A stretch of DNA of 26,600 bases from a virus (lineage: Duplodnaviria; Heunggongvirae; Uroviricota; Caudoviricetes): positions 1-26,600 of the IMG/VR virus record IMGVR_UViG_2671180740_000004. One strand, 5' to 3'. Below are positions 1-7,586 of the stretch, one piece after another. The notes under the pieces are model-generated. The model was not told the origin of the DNA. It worked only from the letters and a program-made list of their open reading frames with translations, and did no database searches. The position numbers and the translations under genes are program-made. Position 1 is the first letter of the stretch. Each line of letters begins with the position of its first letter.

Positions 1-60
1 GCCACGCAAGCACCTTAAAATCACCATCATACACTAAATCAGTAAGTTGGCAGCATTACC
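1..60 (-). mobile_element. IS1-family insertion sequence, left end (IRL plus leader up to the insA start); the body lies off-window to the left
   Basis: The reverse complement of 1-60 reads GGTAATGCTGCCAACTTACTGATTTAGTGTATGATGGTGATTTTAAGGTGCTTGCGTGGC. This is near-identical to the IS1 left end as I remember it (GGTGATGCTGCCAACTTACTGATTTAGTGTATGATGGTG...GTGGC, with the GTG being the insA start). The terminal IR is at about 38-60. Confidence 0.85.
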
Positions 61-75
61 TAGAAGGAGTTGATA

Positions 76-303
76 ATGTACAAATGTGTTTTAGCTGTAT
101 TGATATTATTATCTGGTTGCAAATCTTTGCCAACTCCGCTTTGCCATGGTAAAGCATATTTAGGTGGGGAAGAAACTATAATACCAATTTATGGGATTAA
201 GAAAAGCGGGAAGTATAAATTGTATCATGCAGGGCATCACTACAACTGGCGTTGGGTTGGTGCTGGAGCATTTGACAGCACAACCTGCTCTCAAATAATG
301 TAA
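76..303 (+). CDS. small lipoprotein (75 aa), function unknown
   Basis: AAGGAG at 64-69 lies 6 nt before ATG 76; the track's TTG 70 is too close to the SD. The N-terminus MYKCVLAVLILLSGC carries a lipobox (LLSG|C). The gene is AT-rich by eye and sits 3 nt from the IS1 end. Confidence 0.6.
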   Translation: MYKCVLAVLILLSGCKSLPTPLCHGKAYLGGEETIIPIYGIKKSGKYKLYHAGHHYNWRWVGAGAFDSTTCSQIM

Positions 304-444
304 ACCGTATACTATGTATAAAATGTTTAGCTAATGCTAATTGATAAATTGTCATGAAACAGGCAAATCTGAAATACGTAAAGAAGCGCTACACAGCAGG
401 AGATTTTTGTGTGGCTGGGTGCAGTGGCTGCCGTAATGATGCAA

Positions 445-469
445 TAAAAAGGGGAGCAACATGCTCCCC
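445..469 (-). terminator. rho-independent terminator read on the minus strand
   Basis: Stem GGGGAGC (451-457) / GCTCCCC (463-469) with a 5-nt loop. The plus-strand ATAAAAA (444-450) becomes a U-run after the hairpin only on the minus strand. Confidence 0.5.
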
Positions 470-625
470 GACCAGAAGAAAGAAGTTTGATAACAATTAG
501 TGAGTTGTTACGTCTCGTCCAGAATATCATAGCAACACTCTGTTGCAGTGATACCGATCGCGATTTTAGCGAATTCCACCATAAATCCCCTGATTTTTAA
601 GCCTGAAGCAGTCAAAGGAATTTCT

Positions 626-2251
626 ATGCCTTATATCGATATCACCACGATGCGTGGGATGATGCCGCGCGTCGTGACATCCATGCTGCCCGATCATTCC
701 GCTGTACTGGCGGAGGACTGCCATTTCCGGTTTGGTGTTATTACACCAGAACGTCAGATATCCGGGGTTGAGAAAACATTCACAATTAAGCCAAAAACAA
801 TTTTTCATTACCGTGATGATTTCTGGTTTGCGTGGCCGGATGTGGTGGATGTGATCCGTAGTCCCGTTGCTCAGGATAATTACGGGAGGATCTACTACAC
901 TGACGGAAAATTTCCAAAAGTCACGGCTGCTGAAATTGCCACCAAAGGAGAGGGTAATTTCCCTGCGGCATCATATCGTCTGGGGATCCCCGCACCGACA
1001 ACAGCACCTGTTTGTACCGTTCAGAAGGGAGAAGGTGCCACTGACGAAAATCCGAATGATGATGAAACCCGCTTTTATACCGAAACCTTTGTATCGGCGT
1101 ATGGTGAGGAAGGGCCTCCCGGACCTGAATCGCTGGAAGTCACCGTGGGGATCCCTGATACTCCGGTTCAGTTAACACTCTCTCCGGTTCCGTTGCAGGA
1201 CGCAAACATCAATCGTCGTCGTATTTATCGTTCTGTCTCAGGGGGCGGAGAAGCCGATTTTTTACTCGTGGCTGAGCTTGAAGCATCCGTGCTCAGTTAC
1301 ACGGACAACATACCGGCGAAAAACCTCGGACCTTCTCTTGCAACATGGGATTACCTGCCGCCGCCGGAGAATATGACAGGTCTTTGCCTGATGGCGAATG
1401 GTATTGCCGCCGGATTTGCCGGTAATGAGGTAATGTTTTCGGAAGCGTATCTGCCGTATGCATGGCCCGAAGTGAATCGTCACACAACGGCTGAAGATAT
1501 CGTGGCAGTCTGTCCGCTAGGAACATCACTGGTGGTGGCGACAAAGGGCGAGCCTTATTTGTTCAGTGGGGTTTCACCGTCCACAATTTCTGGTTCAAAA
1601 ATCCCGTCAATGCAGGCGTGTCTGAGCAGGCAAAGTATGGTTGCGATGGAGGGATTTGTGCTGTATGCGGGAACAAATGGTCTTGTGTCTGTTGATGCAA
1701 ACGGCAATGCCGCGCTGGCGACGGAACAGATTATTTCACCGGAGCAGTGGCAGACTCAGTTTAATCCGGCCTCCATTGTGGCTTATCCCTGGCGTGGTGA
1801 ATACATTGCCTGTTACACAAAACCGGATGGTGAGAAGGATGTGTTTGTCTTTAACCCGGCAGGTATGGATATCCGGCACCTGAGCACACCTTTTGACTGC
1901 GCATGTGTTGATCTGGTTAACGATGTTATGCGTGTAGTCTCAGGGCAAAACATGTCTGCGATGGCCGGTGGAAGATTGCCGTCATTAATACGATGGCATT
2001 CGAAAGTCTTTTCCCTTCCGGAAAGAACCTCGTTTTCCTGTCTCAGGGTGAAGTCTCCGACGCCAGAGCGGGTGGGCATTACAGTGCTGGCTGATGATGT
2101 TCCGGTGATTCACCTTGCTCCGGGAAGCCTTTCGGGAAGCGTGGTGAGATTACCTGCTGCAACCGGGCAAAACTGGCAGGTACTGGTTTCCGGTTTTGGT
2201 CAGGTTGAACGTATCACACTCAGTACATCAATGTCGGAGCTACCGATATGA
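626..2251 (+). CDS. virion structural protein, probably tail-associated (541 aa), family not recognised
   Basis: Long ORF. ATG 626 is preceded by AAGGA (615-619), whereas the track's GTG 548 has no RBS. It has an ATGA stop/start overlap with the downstream tail-fibre gene. Confidence 0.55.
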   Translation: MPYIDITTMRGMMPRVVTSMLPDHSAVLAEDCHFRFGVITPERQISGVEKTFTIKPKTIFHYRDDFWFAWPDVVDVIRSPVAQDNYGRIYYTDGKFPKVTAAEIATKGEGNFPAASYRLGIPAPTTAPVCTVQKGEGATDENPNDDETRFYTETFVSAYGEEGPPGPESLEVTVGIPDTPVQLTLSPVPLQDANINRRRIYRSVSGGGEADFLLVAELEASVLSYTDNIPAKNLGPSLATWDYLPPPENMTGLCLMANGIAAGFAGNEVMFSEAYLPYAWPEVNRHTTAEDIVAVCPLGTSLVVATKGEPYLFSGVSPSTISGSKIPSMQACLSRQSMVAMEGFVLYAGTNGLVSVDANGNAALATEQIISPEQWQTQFNPASIVAYPWRGEYIACYTKPDGEKDVFVFNPAGMDIRHLSTPFDCACVDLVNDVMRVVSGQNMSAMAGGRLPSLIRWHSKVFSLPERTSFSCLRVKSPTPERVGITVLADDVPVIHLAPGSLSGSVVRLPAATGQNWQVLVSGFGQVERITLSTSMSELPI

Positions 2252-3516
2252 CAAAAAAACCGTGGCGCGCAGGGAAGGATTTATCTGCGGTTGTGGAAAA
2301 TATGGAGATTGGCACAGGGCAGCGTGGTGACGGACGTCACGCCTTTGTGACCCGTGAAGAACTGGTTGGTCTGAAGCTGGCTCGTCGTCGTGCTTCTGGT
2401 GGTGGCTCATACGCCCTGAATCCGGGGGTAGAGATAGACAGTAGCCTGATGGTTGTGGATTTCCCCCCGAAGCCGCTGAATTTTAAGGCGACAGGAGGAT
2501 TTGGCTCGGTTCTTCTTGAATGGGATATGCCTAATTATCGCGGACATTCACTGACTGAAATCTGGCGGGGTACGGAGGATGACCTTGCTGATGCAGTGCT
2601 GGTTGCCACGACGCCGGGGCAGGTTTACGGCGATCCGGTTGACCCTGGCTGGTCGGGATTTTACTGGATACGTTTTGTTAACGCGGCAGGAGTGAAAGGT
2701 CCATGGAATGCTGAAAAAGGCACTCAGGCACAAACACAGATCGGCGTGAAGGCCATCATTGACCAGATCCGCGATGAGGCTGCAAAGTCGCCGGTTGTGT
2801 CCGAGCTGCGTAAAGAAATAAAAAACGCGCAGGGGCAGGCTGTAAAGGATGCTGCAATTAAGACAACCGAAGTTGTGGGGACTCTCAGGGAAGAAACGAC
2901 AAGAACGATTGGTGGTATTGAAACCCGCATTAGCACACTGGATTCGTCAACCAGTGAATCGCTTAATGAGGTCGACAAGCGCATCACTAAACTGGATAAA
3001 GAAGGCGGTGAGGCGTTTCTGGCAATGTGGTCAAAAAAAGCGGGAGTTGATGGTATCACTGCGGGGATCGGGATTGTCGCCGGAAAAGACAGTGAAGGCA
3101 GGCCTGTAAGTCAGGTTGCAATTTCTGCGTCGCAGTTGTTTGTCTTTGACCCGAACAACCCGGATAACACCGCCTATCCGTTTGCGGTATCAGGTGGCAA
3201 GGTTGTGATCCCGAAAGCGATGATTTATGACGCGGTGATTGAAACACTGGTGTCGCGGAAGGTTGTGGCGGATGAGGTAAAAGCCGGGGTAAGTATCACT
3301 TCGCCAGTTATCCGGAGTGCCGTTATTCAGAACGGAAACTTTCAGGTTGATTCTCAGGGTAACCTGAATATTGGAGGCCTTTTCAGTGTTACGTCACAAG
3401 GGCAACTGACAATTCGTTACTCTAATCAGAATGTAGGACTGGTGATCCGCAATGATAAAATTGAGGTTTATGATCAGAATGGACGACTGGCTGTTCGCAT
3501 AGGCAGATTACGCTGA
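2248..3516 (+). CDS. tail fibre / host-specificity protein with an FN3-like domain (422 aa)
   Basis: Translationally coupled to the upstream gene. Residues about 73-155 (nt about 2464-2715: PPKPLNFKATGGFGSVLLEWDMP...YWIRFVNAAGVKGPW) fit the fibronectin type III pattern seen in lambdoid J-type tail-tip proteins. The middle is coiled-coil-like and the C-terminus is beta-rich. Confidence 0.6.
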   Translation: MTKKPWRAGKDLSAVVENMEIGTGQRGDGRHAFVTREELVGLKLARRRASGGGSYALNPGVEIDSSLMVVDFPPKPLNFKATGGFGSVLLEWDMPNYRGHSLTEIWRGTEDDLADAVLVATTPGQVYGDPVDPGWSGFYWIRFVNAAGVKGPWNAEKGTQAQTQIGVKAIIDQIRDEAAKSPVVSELRKEIKNAQGQAVKDAAIKTTEVVGTLREETTRTIGGIETRISTLDSSTSESLNEVDKRITKLDKEGGEAFLAMWSKKAGVDGITAGIGIVAGKDSEGRPVSQVAISASQLFVFDPNNPDNTAYPFAVSGGKVVIPKAMIYDAVIETLVSRKVVADEVKAGVSITSPVIRSAVIQNGNFQVDSQGNLNIGGLFSVTSQGQLTIRYSNQNVGLVIRNDKIEVYDQNGRLAVRIGRLR

Positions 3517-3530
3517 TCAGGAGGTGAGTA

Positions 3531-3809
3531 TTGGAATACGGTTTTGCCATTTATAACAGAAATAACGTTAATGTTACGGGCGTGCTGACTCCGGTATTTT
3601 TCCTGGACAGATTTACAGCGGAGTCTGGCTCAAAGACGTACACGAATAAACCCGACGGGAAATCATTGCAGGCTGTATGTTGTTTATTTCCCTGGAATAA
3701 TGTATTTGCGGATCGGAAAGTACCGAAGATAACCATTAATGGCAATACGGTGACGTGGTCGAATCTTGAGCAGGGTATGGGATCTTATATTTATACATTC
3801 TGGGGATAA
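3531..3809 (+). CDS. hypothetical protein (92 aa) carrying one copy of a YG-x-x-I-x-N repeat domain
   Basis: AGGAGG at 3519-3524 lies 6 nt before TTG 3531. The N-terminal EYGFAIYNRNNVNV motif recurs twice in the next gene. Confidence 0.5.
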   Translation: MEYGFAIYNRNNVNVTGVLTPVFFLDRFTAESGSKTYTNKPDGKSLQAVCCLFPWNNVFADRKVPKITINGNTVTWSNLEQGMGSYIYTFWG

Positions 3810-3814
3810 GTGTC

Positions 3815-4432
3815 ATGTATGGTTTGAGCATTATGAAGCCGGATGGCAGCGTATGGATAAGTCCAGGTTTTACGCCGCAGTGTCTGATCAACAAAGGCAC
3901 CATACCGGCGACTGAAAAGTCTTTTTTTAAAACATCAATCCCGTCAGGCAAAAGTTGTTTTTTCTTTATCAGAACAGAGAAGAAGGCCGATGTCATGTAC
4001 ACGCATGAACAGATTGATGGATATCATGCACTAAGGCTTCATGTAATTGTCAGGGGAACGAACCCTGGTGTTACGACGGTTTATGCTTTCGCGAATATGG
4101 TTACTCCACCTTCTGAGTATGGTATCGCCATGTATAACCCGGACGGTGAGATGATTTATCATGGCGAAATGATGCTGCTTGACGCGAAGTTAATACCTGT
4201 TGATATCAAATTTGAAAAGGACCTTGGATATCCATGCGCAATCATGCCTGCACTGGTCGGGTATTATAACTGGAAAAGAACTCCTTATGATCGACCGATT
4301 TATACCACATCCACTGGTGCTACAGGAAATAAAATATATTCCTGTGAGCATTATTCCGGTGGTGCAACATGGGATATTCGAAAGCCGTATATAGATAAGG
4401 TCTTGGTTATTAATACAGCAATGTATGATTAA
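3815..4432 (+). CDS. hypothetical protein (205 aa) with two copies of the same repeat domain
   Basis: ATG 3815 follows GGGGA (3802-3806). The motifs are MYGLSIMKPDGSVWI at residue 1 and EYGIAMYNPDGEMIY near residue 110. Confidence 0.6.
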   Translation: MYGLSIMKPDGSVWISPGFTPQCLINKGTIPATEKSFFKTSIPSGKSCFFFIRTEKKADVMYTHEQIDGYHALRLHVIVRGTNPGVTTVYAFANMVTPPSEYGIAMYNPDGEMIYHGEMMLLDAKLIPVDIKFEKDLGYPCAIMPALVGYYNWKRTPYDRPIYTTSTGATGNKIYSCEHYSGGATWDIRKPYIDKVLVINTAMYD

Positions 4433-4549
4433 TAAGAAAATCTACATTAATAAAAACTTTTTATCATATCAATGCAATATATTTGATTTATATTAAATAA
4501 AGGAAAATCGCACATTACTGTACCTTTTAATAACAGGAATAATCTAAAG

Positions 4550-5284
4550 ATGAAAAATATTTATAAGATTATTGCGTGTGCAGTTATTGGGACGAGCATG
4601 GTAGCCATGCCAGCACATGCAGCAGAAGGAGACCATACAATTTCTCTGGGGTATGCGCACTTTCAGTTTCCGGGACTGAAGGATTTTGTAAAGGATGCGA
4701 CTGCTCATAACAGGGAGACTTTCAGTCATTTCGTCAACAGAAACTACTTTTCTTCATTGGGCGAATATACAGATGGTCGGGTCAGTGGATATGAAGGCAA
4801 GGATAAAAATCCACAGGGCATTAATATCAGGTATCGCTACGAGATAACGGATGATTTTGGCGTTATCACCTCTTTTACATGGACGCGTTCTCTCACTAAC
4901 TCACAGACATTTATTGATGTGCAGTCAGCCGATCATAGCAGGAAGATTAAGAATCCGGCAGCTTCTGCCAGAACGGATATCAGGGCGAATTACTGGAGTC
5001 TGTTAGCGGGGCCTTCATGGCGGGTTAATCAGTACATGAGTTTATATGCGATGGCAGGGATGGGCGTTGCTAAAGTTACCGCTGACCTGAAAATTAAGGA
5101 CAATATTAACAGTAGTGGTGGATTTTCTGAAAGCAACAGCACGAAAAAAACCTCCCTTGCGTGGGCTGCAGGTGCACAGTTTAACCTGAATGAGAGTGTT
5201 ACTCTGGATGTGGCTTACGAAGGTTCCGGCTCTGGCGACTGGCGCACGAGTGGCGTTACTGCTGGCATTGGCCTGAAATTCTGA
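4550..5284 (+). CDS. lom: Ail/Lom-family outer-membrane beta-barrel protein (244 aa)
   Basis: Signal peptide MKNIYKIIACAVIGTSMVAMPAHA|AEG. The C-terminus TSLAWAAGAQFNLNESVTLDVAYEGSGSGDWRTSGVTAGIGLKF closely matches the lambda Lom C-terminus (...DIAYEGSGSGDWRTDGFIVGVGYKF). The leader is AT-rich and the gene has its own terminator. Confidence 0.9.
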   Translation: MKNIYKIIACAVIGTSMVAMPAHAAEGDHTISLGYAHFQFPGLKDFVKDATAHNRETFSHFVNRNYFSSLGEYTDGRVSGYEGKDKNPQGINIRYRYEITDDFGVITSFTWTRSLTNSQTFIDVQSADHSRKIKNPAASARTDIRANYWSLLAGPSWRVNQYMSLYAMAGMGVAKVTADLKIKDNINSSGGFSESNSTKKTSLAWAAGAQFNLNESVTLDVAYEGSGSGDWRTSGVTAGIGLKF

Positions 5285-5308
5285 CCTGTATCCGGTAACC
5301 GTTTACTA

Positions 5309-5331
5309 CCCGCTGTGATGGCGGGTTTTTT
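5309..5331 (+). terminator. rho-independent terminator of lom
   Basis: CCCGC (5309-5313), loop TGTGATG, GCGGG (5321-5325), then T6 (5326-5331). Confidence 0.8.
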
Positions 5332-5332
5332 A

Positions 5333-5361
5333 TTGTCCGTACAGGGCAAAAATCGTAAATT
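5333..5361 (+). promoter_or_regulatory. candidate sigma70 promoter for the hok-like mRNA
   Basis: TTGTCC (5333-5338), 17-nt spacer, TAAATT (5356-5361). Confidence 0.35.
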
Positions 5362-5516
5362 ATGCGTGGGTGCCTTTCGGCTGATGGCTGGAGGGTGAAC
5401 CTGAAGGCCTGATGTGGAAAGGCCCCGAGTCAACCTAACGTTAACCCGAGGCCCTAACACTTCGTACCTTAAGCAAGTAGAAGGTTAGCGCCTCTCTGTA
5501 AAAGGAGTCAAGCGCT

Positions 5517-5657
5517 ATGTCGCAAAAATCGCTTATCACCGTCACAATTTGCATGACGGTTATCTTCACCATCTGGATGTTGCACGGTTCACTGTGTGAG
5601 TTCCGGCTGAATTTGTGGGGAGCGGAGTTTGCAGCGTTCTTACAGTGTAAGCAGTAG
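5517..5657 (+). CDS. hok: Hok/Gef-family type I toxin (46 aa); absent from the ORF track
   Basis: AAAGGAG (5501-5507) lies 9 nt before ATG 5517. The product is MSQKSLITVTICMTVIFTIWMLHGSLCEFRLNLWGAEFAAFLQCKQ: one TM helix followed by the SLCE-x-R...E-x-AAFL-x-CK signature of Hok proteins. Confidence 0.8.
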   Translation: MSQKSLITVTICMTVIFTIWMLHGSLCEFRLNLWGAEFAAFLQCKQ

Positions 5658-5666
5658 GAAAACCGC

Positions 5667-5688
5667 GACGGGGACGAAAGTCCCCGTC
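5667..5688 (+). promoter_or_regulatory. stable 3' stem-loop of the hok-like transcript
   Basis: GACGGGGAC / GTCCCCGTC form a 9-bp stem with a GAAA tetraloop, 10 nt after the hok stop. No U-run follows. Confidence 0.5.
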
Positions 5689-5713
5689 AACTGGTTGCTG
5701 AGGTTCAGCCGAT

Positions 5714-6115
5714 ATGGCACCCGTTTCAGGTGAGAGAATGAACGATAAAATTCTCCGGTATATGCAGCGTGTTGTGAGAAATTCCCGCAACCCTGAATTT
5801 ATGAATGAAGTTAAAGACGCCTGCCTTAAAAAGCAGGCGTTTTGTTTTGAGGCACCTGATGGCTTTCTGGTGCTGCGTTCTGTGCTCAGTGCTGATGGTA
5901 TCCCTTATGTTCTGGTGTTGCTGGGCGTGTGTACGGGGAGTAACAGCGTTGAGCGTTATCTGCCGGAGGTGAAGACATTAACCCGTCTGGCTGGCGGACG
6001 TTGGGCTGAATTTCATACGGCAAGGCGGGGATTTATCCGGCTGGGAAAACGTCTGGGCTTTGAGCGAATGCCGGATGATGAGGATGGCTTCATGGTGTTC
6101 AGGATAGCGGTCTGA
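5714..6115 (+). CDS. hypothetical protein (133 aa; 125 aa if ATG 5738 is used), possibly GNAT-like
   Basis: Clean ORF ending 50 nt before a strong terminator. The C-terminal pattern FHTARRGFIRLGKRLGFERMPDDEDGFMVF loosely resembles the tail of acetyltransferase folds. The functional assignment is weak. Confidence 0.55.
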   Translation: MAPVSGERMNDKILRYMQRVVRNSRNPEFMNEVKDACLKKQAFCFEAPDGFLVLRSVLSADGIPYVLVLLGVCTGSNSVERYLPEVKTLTRLAGGRWAEFHTARRGFIRLGKRLGFERMPDDEDGFMVFRIAV

Positions 6116-6166
6116 CTGCCACAGTATTCATTATCGTGTGTAAACCAATTGCAATTCACATTCTGA

Positions 6167-6188
6167 CCCTGCCCCGGCAGGGTTTTTT
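6167..6188 (+). terminator. rho-independent terminator
   Basis: CCCTGC (6167-6172) / GCAGGG (6177-6182) followed by T6 (6183-6188). Confidence 0.75.
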
Positions 6189-6208
6189 GTTATCCAGGGG
6201 GGGCCATT

Positions 6209-6865
6209 ATGGGTGGAAGTAAAGGCGGTGGTGATACCAAAGTAAAACCAACAGCAGCGCAAATAGCACAGGAAGAAGTGGCCTGGAAAGGGTGGCAGGA
6301 TTACAAAAATATCCTCCGCCCGGCTGAAGATAACTTCATGGAAAAGGTCGATGACCTTAACAGTGAGCAGCAGTACGACAATATCGCTGGCACAACAAAT
6401 CTGGGTTATCAGAAACAGTTTGGTGAAGCGCGAAGGGAGCTGGCGGGTAATCTTGCTCAGTCCGGTGTTGACCCGTCCAGTGGTCGCTTTAACGCGGTAA
6501 TGAATGCGAACCAGAGTGATCAGGTAACCGGGCAGATTGACACAACCACACGGGGGCAGGTATCGCAGGCAGATAAGTATGTTGCCGGGCTACAGGATGT
6601 TGCAGCTCTCGGTTCAGGTCAGAAGGCGGATGCGTTACAGAGTTTTAACTCGCTGGCAGACAGCAGTCTGGCAAAAGCTAAATCGGACGCACAGGCTGCG
6701 TTTACGAAACAGCAGGGGCGAGCCTCTCTTGTTGGCGCTGGTTTGGGTGCGGTAGGTGCATATGCGATGCATAAGGCTGGTGGTAGCGGAGGAAGTGGCG
6801 GTGCTAAAACACCTGGCACCGGCGCTAATGCCATTCAGCATCAGGCTCAGAACTGGAGACTGTGA
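6209..6865 (+). CDS. hypothetical Gly/Ala/Gln-rich protein (218 aa), putative internal virion protein
   Basis: ATG 6209 lies behind a G7 run (6197-6203) that serves as the SD. The composition is low-complexity, with a hydrophobic GAGLGAVGAYA segment and a GGSGGSGG tract. It is the first gene of a tightly packed cassette. Confidence 0.55.
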   Translation: MGGSKGGGDTKVKPTAAQIAQEEVAWKGWQDYKNILRPAEDNFMEKVDDLNSEQQYDNIAGTTNLGYQKQFGEARRELAGNLAQSGVDPSSGRFNAVMNANQSDQVTGQIDTTTRGQVSQADKYVAGLQDVAALGSGQKADALQSFNSLADSSLAKAKSDAQAAFTKQQGRASLVGAGLGAVGAYAMHKAGGSGGSGGAKTPGTGANAIQHQAQNWRL

Positions 6866-6867
6866 TT

Positions 6868-7314
6868 ATGGAGTACGGTAAATACGAAACACTTGCAAGA
6901 TACGGTTATACCGGAGCAGCCCGCCCTCAGGGGGACTGGCAGGCATCCGCAGCGCTGACCCGCCAGCAATACGACGACTGGCGCACCAGATATTTACCCC
7001 GTGTAGCAAGGCTGGCTGACCTTGGCGAGAACAACAGCCTGATGAATGCACAGCTTGCCCGGGTGGGCGGCCTTGCCACTTCCAGTCTCCGTACAGCGCA
7101 GATGGCGCAGGATAACCAGATGGCGAGATACGGGGTAAGCCGCCCGGATAATCCCGACAGTAATACGCTGGGGTTACGTAATGCCCTGGCAATTGCTGGT
7201 GCGAAAAATGGTATCCGTGAAGCCGAACAGGATCGCCAGATGAACATACTGACGGGGGCTTCTGCACCTGCAAGACAACAACTGAGTGTTGGCGGTCAAA
7301 TGATGACAGCGTAA
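6868..7314 (+). CDS. hypothetical protein (148 aa), putative internal virion protein
   Basis: GGAGA (6855-6859) lies 8 nt before ATG 6868; the track's GTG 6862 is only 2 nt from the SD. The gene overlaps the upstream stop. Confidence 0.55.
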   Translation: MEYGKYETLARYGYTGAARPQGDWQASAALTRQQYDDWRTRYLPRVARLADLGENNSLMNAQLARVGGLATSSLRTAQMAQDNQMARYGVSRPDNPDSNTLGLRNALAIAGAKNGIREAEQDRQMNILTGASAPARQQLSVGGQMMTA

Positions 7315-7324
7315 GGGGGAAGAT

Positions 7325-7576
7325 ATGGGGTACGGCTTACTGGATATTGCGAATCAGTCACGGCGTGAGGCATTACAGGGAATAAGTGACGCAGACCGAC
7401 GACGTGAAGAAATTGAGGCTGCGAACAAACAGATGGCGGCGCAACAGAAAGCGCAGAACAAGCAGAATATCGGTACGGGCATTGGTACGGGGGCGGCTAT
7501 TGGCGCATCCGTTGGTGGTCCTGTTGGTGCTGTTGCTGGTGCAGTAATTGGCGGCATTGCTGGTTCTTTGTTTTAA
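7325..7576 (+). CDS. small glycine-zipper membrane protein (83 aa)
   Basis: SD AGGGGGA. The C-terminal half GTGIGTGAAIGASVGGPVGAVAGAVIGGIAGSLF is a GxxxG-type glycine-zipper TM segment. Confidence 0.6.
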   Translation: MGYGLLDIANQSRREALQGISDADRRREEIEAANKQMAAQQKAQNKQNIGTGIGTGAAIGASVGGPVGAVAGAVIGGIAGSLF

Positions 7577-7586
7577 GGAGTGGTGA

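Noticed and set aside
327-530. 67-aa minus-strand ORF
   Set aside because: It reads straight through the terminator hairpin at 451-469, has no RBS and is low-complexity.
5362-5516. Search for a mok-like frame overlapping the hok start
   Set aside because: All ATG/GTG-initiated frames in the leader stop before 5490, so none overlaps hok. No mok feature is reported.
5215-5790. Minus-strand ORFs 5215-5460 and 5566-5790
   Set aside because: They overlap the lom end, its terminator and the hok locus. They have no RBS and are better explained as antisense noise.
6197-6203. G7 homopolymer just upstream of ATG 6209, considered as a slipped-strand phase-variation tract
   Set aside because: It is most simply the Shine-Dalgarno sequence. 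The tract lies outside coding sequence and nothing in a single sequence indicates length variation.
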